Origin: Eledone cirrhosa
Taxonomy: Eukaryota
Assembly: GCA_964016885.1 (NCBI GenBank)
Contig: OZ024740.1
Location: 271,126,001-271,190,000 of the forward strand
Reading direction: 5' to 3'
DNA: 64,000 nucleotides
Made by a program: the position numbers and the translations under genes. The stretch's first letter is position 1. Each line of letters begins with the position of its first letter. Positions 54,322 through 64,000 of the stretch are shown one piece after another. A model generated the notes under the pieces. It saw only the letters and a list, made by a program, of their open reading frames with translations. It ran no database searches and was not told where the DNA came from.

Positions 54322-57097
54322 GCAGGTTATAAAAATAATATAGAATATATAGACAATAATAATTCGAATCTTAATCCTGATAAAAATAATAATAATAATA
54401 TGACTGCATGTATAAACGAAATTCTAAAAATTATAATTCAAACACCTGTACTGTGAATAAATCGGGGAAAAAACAGAACTAAATCAGTTATATGGTCCCC
54501 CCCCCCCCTGCTTCTGTAGCAGTAAAAACACCACTAGCTAATTTATTCTTTAAGGCTTTAGATAATTCCTTCCCTAGTCAAAATAAATACCGTTCCATAT
54601 TTAATAGACACACAATTAAGCTTTCTTATTCTACAACTATGAATATGGCCCAAAACATCGCTAAACTAAATAGTAGAATTCTAAACCAAAATCATCATAA
54701 TAGTGTTAATAAATGTGCTAATATAAATAATAATAAATCGAAATGTAATTGTAGAAATAAACCAGATTGCCCTCTGCAAAATAATTGTCTGGATAGAAAT
54801 TTAGTGTATAAATGCACCGTAAAAGCAAATAACATCACATACAACCTACATAGGGGCAACTTCTTCGACATTTAAATCGAGATTTGCGAATCACAAGTGC
54901 TCGTTTTCGAATCCTAATAGGAAGTCTTCGACTTCTTTATCACAACTTATATGGTCATTAAAAGACAAAAATTTTAAATACTCGATTTTTTGGACGAAGC
55001 TTTGTAATAGTAGAATCTATTCGAATTCGTCTATATCAACTAACAGCAACCTCTGTACTAAGGAGACCCTATTAATAATGACTAATTATGAAAACTTAAT
55101 TAACAAAAAAAGTGAATTATTCTTAAACTGCCTTCATAAAGCTTTGTCTACATTCCAAGCCTCGCAAAAAGTCAGGAAAAAACACTAAACAAACAGGTTT
55201 TAATTTTTGACGTCTCTTATCAACTGTTGTACCTAAAACGTTATAACAGCTTATAAAACTTTAATAATACTTTATTTTCTAATCATTTATGATAGAATTA
55301 ATGTTAGAATGAAGGATCCTATTTAGGTATATAAACATATTATTGGTTAACTTGTTCTCTTGATGAATATGCACACCTTTGGATTATTTTAGATATTCAT
55401 AATTTAGATTCGGATCCTTATATATATTTGTCTTTGTTTTAAATATATAATTTGGATATATAACTTGTAAGATTACCGGTTATAATTGAACCGTAAATCA
55501 TTCATGCATTTATATATTTTACTCATTTTGGGTATGTTTTGGGACTCAGAAAGTTAGATTTGCACAGATATATTTTATATATATATTTAGGTATAAATAT
55601 CACAAACCATACTAGTCGACAAATATTGGTCTCTCTTTCCACTGAACTGGAGGTAAAACTACAATTATAACTTTACTAATAATGATTGTAATTATTTATT
55701 TATTTATTATATGTATATCGTTTCACTAATACCTATAATACTCTCTATATATATTTGAACAAATATGTTTATCCAGTATAATAACATGCTCGTAGTTACA
55801 TTTATAAGTAATTTAGATACTCAAATGACTCTCTATTGTTATAAGTGATAGATATTTCCTTAATGTTCGAAATTATATAATGATTATTACTTAATTTAAT
55901 TTAACTTATTTTATTTTAATTAAATGTAGATTACCTCCAGGTCATTCAAATCCTTAGCTCCTCTTTCTATCACCTTCGTTGGACATTTTAGAAGTATCTT
56001 TTGTCTACTATATAATAAAACCATCTTGTATCTGAAACTATATTTTTTTAAATATTGGGCATTTTTATGTTTCGCAAACAATTCATTATTTTTTCACTTT
56101 CTTTCACTTTTTATTTTGTATCTAGTCCTTATCCTCATGAAGTTTTGACTTATATATTTATAGTATATATCTATTAAATGATCCTTTTACAATAATTGAT
56201 CTAAAACTTTAATTTTTAACAATATTTTCAGTAACTTATTTACTATATTGTATTATATTATGTATATTTGAAAGGTATCATCTTAAGTCTTTAGACAATA
56301 TAATCTTCGTGTATTTTTTTTTGATAAACACATATATGTAATTTAAAATTCAGACCTTTTTAAGTTTAATTATAAGGCCTGTTGGTCCTTTAGGCACTTA
56401 AATTGTTAATCATAAATTCTTTAAAAATTATAACGGTAATTATTTTCTAAATTATATTATATAAACTGTTGTCAATATTATATGATAAATTTGGTAAAGT
56501 TTACCTTCGTGAGGTTGTAAAAACATTATGTTTTCTTTCTAGTGTTTGTAAATCCTTTAAATTTGATTTCATAAAATTTGATTTTAGAAATTAAATTTGA
56601 TAGTATACTTTAATATTAATACAGATACCAATTAACTTTTAAAACCTAAAATATTATTCATTACTCTGAACTAACTTAAATTAAATATTTTGAATATTAA
56701 CGGTCAACCAGATATGTTTAGATATATATTGTATATATGGATAATTGTCTAAAGAATTGAACATAAGTTTATTCCTCTTTATCTCTCTCTCTCTGTAATC
56801 AACTCTCTTTTGCTTTTCTAGGCCCCTACTAACTATATTATCCCCTCATCTGTCTCTTCCTCTATGCTTTTCTTTTCTTTCCTCTTTCTTCAGTAATTTA
56901 AATTATTTAACAGTTATATTGATGCCAAGTATTTTTTAAGCTGTCTCACACGCACCCTCTCTATTGTATGTATTATATATTTTTCTCGTGTTTCTCAATA
57001 TTAAGGTATATAAATATTGAGTTTTGTCATATATTACTCACTACCATGACTGAATTTTAACCATCTACTATGTCAGGGTATGTCATGCGTCATCTTA

Positions 57098-57160
57098 TTT
57101 TATCTGATGAGGATGTACTGTTGAAGTTAACTCAGTACCTCTGAAATATGTATATTAAAA
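57098..57160 (+). ncRNA. Hammerhead motif at the 3' end of the Penelope-like element
   Basis: TTTTAT-CTGATGA-GGAtGTACTG..CAGTACcTCT-GAAA-TATGTA-TA-TTAAAA; same family as 13467-13528 and the truncated 383-430. Confidence 0.72.
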
Positions 57161-57205
57161 TATATTTGATCACAAGAATATCTATTTTGTTAATATTTTG
57201 AATTA

Positions 57206-57243
<38 letters not shown>

Positions 57244-58521
57244 ATATTTATATATATGACACAAAAAAATAGTTACATAAAACCAACAGACAACTGCTTC
57301 TTCACTTCGTCAAATCCCATTGTGATCCACTTTACCTTTCATCCTTTTTGAGGTTAAAAGAAGCAACAGCCTAGTGCTGGTGCTTGTCTCTCCCCTTGCA
57401 GTTGTCACATCCTCCTGGATGTTTCACTGGATCAAAGCTTGGAGGGCTTAGAGGTTGCTTTTATCTACTCATGACTCTAGGGGACCTAAAACCCTTAGCA
57501 AAATCATGGTACAGACTACCAAGTAATACTTGAGTGATGTAAGTAACAGCTTTAATTTTTACAACTGTACTTGTGCAACCACCTCCCACTAAACATTAGA
57601 CAACCAAACATTCAGCAATAAGTATTTATCCTTGATTTGAAATGTTGTCATTTTAAAACAAATTAGACAGTCTTTCATTACTGAGTAGCAGAGTAGCCAG
57701 CTATAATACAACTGAAATTTCCAAACAAAGCAATTTCACAGTTTCACTAAGCTGTCCGGTCAAGGATATGTAAACGACCTTTGATACCCTCATAGGCATT
57801 ATGAATGCCCTGTAGCTGTAAGCATATATTATCTCCATAATATATTCAGCTATGAAACCTGAAATAATCACTCCACAGTTTCAGTAAGAATATTTCTTCT
57901 TCTTCTTCTCCTTCTTCTTCTTCTTTTTCTTCTTCTTCTTCTTCTTCTTCTTCTTCTTCTTCTTCTTCTTCTTCTTCTTGAGTCACCTCTCCTTTTCGAC
58001 TGGAGCAGTTGTGCCAGCCCATTGTCGAATTAATAGTCGATCAAATGCGAAGCCCCTGGTGTCCTCGACGCCGAAGTCATCTAATTAAACTAATGGTCGT
58101 CAAATGAACTATTGCTTACTATGAGACAAGCTGGATTTTTATTAAGGCTTACTACTCTAGATCCGACCTGTTCTGCTAGACTATCCTATGATAGCCATAT
58201 CAGAGGCACCTTTTGTTGGATGTGGCTTTTCACCACACTGGTCTATCTTCGAACTGAGAGAGGTTAGCTGCCCAGTTTGAATGAGCATACATTATGATGT
58301 AATATGCTTCTCCATTTCCTTGATTGTAAATTACAACTATAATTAAATAACAATTTAATGACTCTATTTCTTTGACAATTTCTCGAGGATCTAAATTATT
58401 TCGTCCCTTTAAGAAAACTATTAGTGGACATGATAATCTTTTTCACTTAATTAGAGAGAACAAATTAATCTGACGTACATATTAGATTATTCCTCATTAA
58501 TCGTTTCCCTTTTTATTACAG

Positions 58522-58655
58522 GTGTGCCCAATTTGCTAATTTACCATCTAACTGTCAAAAGGTGACTTTAGCAGGAGAATGTTGTCCAAAAATCAAATGT
58601 GACCAAGGAACAATTATTGATTCTGGTGGTAACAAAACAATTGGTCACGCTATTC
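58522..58655 (+). CDS. vWC repeat 3, C-half
   Basis: CAQFANLPSNCQKVTLAGECCPKIKCDQGTIIDSGGNKTIGHAI; TTACAG/GTACGT, phase 2-1. Confidence 0.88.
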
Positions 58656-58856
58656 GTACGTATTCAAAAATATTTTTTATTCATTTCTCGAAAACTCTCA
58701 GAATATTTATTCATTCGAAATTTCTGTTGCATGAATAAGATATCGTCCGTCTTGCAATTTTATTTTAAAATTCCTAAACGATTAATATAACCAATTTCTT
58801 TAATTATCGTGATCAAATATGAACATTAATGAATAATCAATTTTATTAACTTCATA

Positions 58857-59068
58857 GAGCGGAATATCATTAGTTATACCTGATTCCGAACACGGAGAGT
58901 GCTCGTCCGGTGGAGGGTTTAACACGGAGAGCTTCATCGCGCATCGTCGTCGACGAAACCGGAGATCGGGCGAAGTAGGGGCAACGCAAACGACCCCGGA
59001 GGCGTTGTCGGGAAGAGTTCTCTATTTTTTGTTAAAGGACTGCGTCCGTGGAATCGGCTCGTCCGATT
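58857..59068 (+). pseudogene. Degenerate 28S rRNA fragment (D7 region)
   Basis: GC-rich island; GGCAACGCAAACGACCCCGGAG...CGGGAAGAGTTCTCTATTTTTTGTTAAAGG...GTGGAATCGGCTCGTCCGA matches conserved 28S sequence from memory. Confidence 0.75.
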
Positions 59069-59459
59069 CCCAAGTGCATTAACAGGATAAATGAAGTAGC
59101 TAAAATCAGAGCTGGAACCTTAAACTACAGACCCATTTCTCGGAAAACTTACTGGTACAACGCTCATTCATTCCAATTAAAAGAGTTTATGTATTTCCTC
59201 TTTATAGTTGCTTTATAAAAGAACTTCTGTTTGAAATCTTCTAATACCACTAGCATATATTTCACATTTTCATACAAAAGATTCTTATAAATAAACAATG
59301 TTAGTTGTGACAGATACGGAATACATGTTTAACACATCACTGATGTTCTGTACAGAAAGGAAATTGGATATTTGGTCACTTTGAAATCCTGTTATTTTCA
59401 GTGCACTTCTGATTTCGTTGCCTTTTATCGAAACTGCAATGTATCGTTGATTGTAAAGG

Positions 59460-59564
<105 letters not shown>

Positions 59565-59663
59565 CTCTCTTTCCTCTCTCTCTCACTCACACACACACTC
59601 TCGCTATCTTTCACTGTCTTTTTCTCTCGCTTTTCTCTTTCTCACTCTCTTCTCTCTCCTCTC

Positions 59664-59694
<31 letters not shown>

Positions 59695-60347
59695 GCTCTC
59701 TTCTATCTCTCTTATTTCTTTCTCATTCACACACAAACTGTCGTTCTCTCTTTCCATCTCTCTCGCTCTCTTTCGCTCTCTTTCACTCTCTTTCTCTCTT
59801 TCGTTTCTCTCCTGTCTCTCCCCCTGTTCTCTCTCACACACACGAGTCTCGCTCTCTCTCTATCTCTATCACTCTTTCTCTTTCTCTTTTCTCGCTCTCT
59901 CTCTCTCTATCTCTATCACTCTTTCTCTTTCTCTTTTATTTATTTCTCTCGCTCTTTTCTTTCTCTCTCTCTCTATCTCTATCACTCTTTCTCTTTCTCT
60001 TTTATTTATTTCTCTCTCTCTTTTCTCTCTCTCTCTCTCTCTCACATACACACACACACTCTCACACACATACACTCGCTCACTCCCTTTCACTCTCTTT
60101 ATATTTCTTCTTACACCTCGTACGTAACCTCTGTCTTATAACCTTATGAAGAATATATTGATCAAAGGTTAGAGGACTAATTATGTGACTAGAGCCTAGC
60201 TTTAATATTTAGTGTTCTGTACACTTTTCTGTTTAATCAATTGTATTCATTTTATCACATCTTCTTCCTATCATCTGGAGATGATAAAGTGTAGTGTAAC
60301 ATTTAGCCTTCACGACCGTCTCCATCATACTTACTTTCTATTTATAG

Positions 60348-60462
60348 AGGGTTGCATGTATAAAGGACGTTACTACTCCAAAGACCAGGTGTGGACGGAC
60401 GGGTGTGACTACTCATGCAAGTGTGTTGACGCAGTTAAAGGAATGTACGAATGCATCGACAG
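60348..60462 (+). CDS. vWC repeat 4, N-half
   Basis: GCMYKGRYYSKDQVWTDGCDYSCKCVDAVKGMYECIDR; TTATAG/GTAATA, phase 1-2. Confidence 0.92.
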
Positions 60463-60574
60463 GTAATAAATATTATTTCTTCACATCGATCATGAGTTCA
60501 AATACGCTGCTATTGTTTCATAGGGATTCAGGGTAGAATAGTTTACGTTGCACCATCTCAATTCACATAATTAT

Positions 60575-60773
60575 AGAGGGTCGGACGCCATGCTTTGCAG
60601 CATAGAGTTACGGCCCTTTATGATCTGTGTTCAAATCCCACCGAGGTTAACTTTGCCTTTCATCCTTACGGGGTCGATAAAATGAAGTACCAGTCACACA
60701 CTGGGGTCGATTTAATCGGCTTTCCCCTCCTCCAAAAAATTACTGGCCTTGTGCTTATATAAGAAACCATAAT
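60575..60773 (+). mobile_element. Main-family SINE, 5'-truncated
   Basis: TSD CATAATTATAG. Confidence 0.87.
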
Positions 60774-60922
60774 TATAGTAAATATGTAAATAGGTGTCAG
60801 ACTAAACCGATTTAACCCCAGGTCGCTATCCGGTAATCGTCTTCAACTACTTTAGCATTGGATCTGAACTCTAGGCCTGCCTGAGTAAAAGATACATTGG
60901 ATGGACATACTACAGTCTATTC

Positions 60923-61468
60923 CAGAGGTTCTCATAGTGGGTGCTACCACCCCCAGGGGGGAGGTGTTGAGAAGTTCAAGGGGTCGGTAGAATGATATAA
61001 TAGTATATTAAACATCAAATGATATATATTATATATAAATATAGTAAAATAAATAATTGTTTCTACTTTGGGCACAAGGCCAGCAATTATCCCAGTGTAT
61101 TACTGGTACTTTATTTTATCGACCCCGTAAGGATGAAAGGCAAAGTTAACCTCGCCGGGATATGAACTCAGACTATAAAGGGCCGTAACTCTTTGCTGAA
61201 AAACATGGCTATAAAATATATAATATATATATATTATAAATAATATATATATTATATATTATTTATTTTATAGTAAAATAAATAATATATAATATATATT
61301 TATACATAGTATATATTATATTATTTATTATATATAAAATAACGATTTTATCTATTTACATATTTTTTACAATTTGCTTGGTGGCAGGTCTCTCTGGAAA
61401 TAGTGGTGGGGGTTGCTGAGGGTATTACGTGGCGGTGTGGGGGGTCCCAAAACGTTTGAGAACCTCTA
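60923..61468. mobile_element. hAT/Charlie-like MITE with nested SINE (61053-61209)
   Basis: TIR CAGAGGTTCTCA...TGAGAACCTCTA; 8-bp TSD GTCTATTC. Confidence 0.88.
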
Positions 61469-61754
61469 GTCTATTCTATGTCAAATTCTTTAATTAAATA
61501 GGTGGTCAGGGGTGGGGGTGCATTTGTTCTCGGATCTGAGAGACTTCTGTCATATATCAATGCATGAAATTAACCGGGTCTTTCGTGATAATCTGGGAGA
61601 TAAATGTGCATTTCAGATATGTTCATGTACATTATTTGGGAATTAAAAATATATTTGTGTGTGTGTGTGTAAAAAGTAAACAGAAATAACAAAGCAAACG
61701 ACACAGTACAATGAAGAAATATATTAGCTTAACGCTTGAAATAATAGGAAAAGG

Positions 61755-61792
61755 GTTTTAACGTTTCAGCCACGAGTCCTTCATCAGAAGAT
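61755..61792 (-). ncRNA. Degenerate Penelope-type hammerhead motif
   Basis: CTGATGA-aggactcgtggct-GAAA-CGT-TA; related motif on + strand at ~62030-62062 (CTGAAGAaggacttctgtccGAAA). Confidence 0.55.
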
Positions 61793-62141
61793 AGAATGAG
61801 AAATAAAAGAGGAAATAGAAAGATAAATAGTGAGAATTAGGAAGGAACGTCAAAAATAATTGAGGAAAAAACACGTCTGAAAAAGACATAATTGTCTAAA
61901 TGTAGCTATGATATCGTAACAGCCGTGAAGAGAATTATCGTTGAAACAATTTCAGCAGAATAAACATGTATTGATTTCTTCACACCCTCACTACTCTTAC
62001 ATTTATCTGTTCTCTCCTTATCCAAACTTTCCTGAAGAAGGACTTCTGTCCGAAACATTGAAACCTCATCCGCTTCCTCTGTGCGTGAAACTAAATTTGC
62101 CTCCTATGTTTTGCTTGTTTCATTTATTAACTACATATATT

Positions 62142-62255
<114 letters not shown>

Positions 62256-62454
62256 CAACTTTGAATGAGTTGATAATACAACTATATAAAGGCAAATAAC
62301 ATTTTAAAGCTTAATGTGATTTTGTAGTCCATAGCAAGATAGGTCAAAATCATTTCAGAGTTTAATCCTGTCTGCATTAATTATTAATTTAACTCCTTGT
62401 TAATCTTGTTCTTCATATATATATATATATATATATATACACTTATATATACAC

Positions 62455-62520
<66 letters not shown>

Positions 62521-62524
62521 TTTG

Positions 62525-62591
<67 letters not shown>

Positions 62592-62704
62592 AAGTGTATA
62601 TATATATACCCAAATCATAGCTCACACCCAAATCATAGCTCACACAGCACACTAAGTCCTGTTACTTTTCTGATACACTTCATATATATATATATTCAAT
62701 ACAG

Positions 62705-62862
62705 ATGCCCGACTTTCCAAAACTTACCATCAGATTGTGAAATGACCGATGTCCCCGGAGAAACCTGCTGTCAAATGCCATTCTGTAATACTACTCATAT
62801 CCTCATTCCAAAGTATGGCAAGAAACATGTTGGAGGTGGTAAAGTCACTATACCATCAACAG
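62705..62862 (+). CDS. vWC repeat 4, C-half
   Basis: [31 protein letters not shown]...VTIPST; ACAG/GTTAGC, phase 2-1. Confidence 0.9.
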
Positions 62863-62896
62863 GTTAGCGAAACAAAAACATTTTTTTATAAATATG

Positions 62897-62997
<101 letters not shown>

Positions 62998-63142
62998 TAA
63001 AATAACAGATTAAAGTTTAAGCAAAGAATCGCTGCTTTCACCCTTAACGGGATCTTCTGAAACTAACAAAGTCAATCTGTAAACACAAAAGTGGATATTT
63101 CAAAAAACGTTGCAACCGGAGGAAGACAGGAAGACGATACTT

Positions 63143-63545
63143 TGGTTCGTAGAAACGTTCCCTGGCAAAGAACGTGAAAAAACGAATATAATACGTCATT
63201 ATTTGGAGCGGTTAACCAAATTCCGCCGAGGATAACTTTGCCTTTCATCCTTACGGGGTCGATAAAATAAAGTACCAGTAATGCACTGGGTAATTGCTGG
63301 CCTTGTGCCTAACGTAGAAACAATTATTTGGAGCGGTGAAAAACAATTACACGCAAAGACAGAACCACGTTTATGGTATAAATGAAGTCGTAGACTAATA
63401 TTCTCTTAGGTGGTTCATAGAGACGTTCTCTGGCAATGAATGGAAAAAACGAAAATAATACGTCATATGTGGAGCGTGGAGAACAATTGCACGCAAAGAC
63501 AAAACCACGTAAATGGTATAACTGAAGTTGTAGACTAAAATTCTA
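63143..63545. repeat. Two diverged ~140-bp tandem units, the first interrupted by a truncated SINE
   Basis: TGGTTCrTAGArACGTTC...CACGCAAAGAC...GTAGACTAA occurs twice; SINE TSD ATTATTTGGAGCGGT. Confidence 0.8.
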
Positions 63546-63706
63546 ACTAGGAAACCGAATGATTCTCCGCTTCAGAGTAAAGAATAAAGTAAATAAAATA
63601 CAGAGGTAATTGAAATTAAATAAATACATACACGCATCCAAATACGTACATACACAAGCATACGCGAAAACACTCGCCATAGGTATACAAATACACGCAC
63701 ATATAA

Positions 63707-63838
<132 letters not shown>

Positions 63839-64000
63839 ATAAAAATAATTAAATAAACGTATATAAATAAATAAACGTATATAACAAGCGCACACACATA
63901 CCTACATGTAAATACACAAATGTTCGGAGATGTACGTCAACCAAAACACGAAGTACACATATACACACACCCTACATACGTACGAACCCGCATACTCACA

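Noticed and set aside
54740-54790. Selenocysteine-coding (Naiad-type) Penelope element
   Set aside because: The endonuclease is C-terminal and the linker cysteines use TGT/TGC, with no in-frame TGA.

Overview
AT-rich, microsatellite-dense eukaryotic DNA; the SINE families and (TA)n/(CA)n/(TACA)n load suggest an octopod cephalopod (inference). Almost all long ORFs in the track are microsatellite artefacts. The window lies inside one large + strand gene: 16 phase-compatible GT-AG exons (2006-62862, 2025 nt, 675 codons, open at both ends) encode vWA-ShK-ShK-vWC-vWC-ShK-vWC-vWC, with three 24-nt linker microexons. The introns hold: (i) a 5'-truncated but uninterrupted Dong/R4-like RT+RLE retrotransposon, decayed copies of a second Dong-like family and a ~600-bp non-autonomous RTE-derived element, all clustered in (TACA)n arrays; (ii) two Penelope-like elements and about 15 complete or degenerate minimal hammerhead ribozyme motifs, several as fold-back pairs with a ribozyme on each strand; (iii) more than 20 tRNA-derived SINE copies, mariner/pogo/hAT MITEs, a SINE-derived 40-bp minisatellite and a short 28S rRNA fragment. 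All calls were made by eye; no database searches were run.
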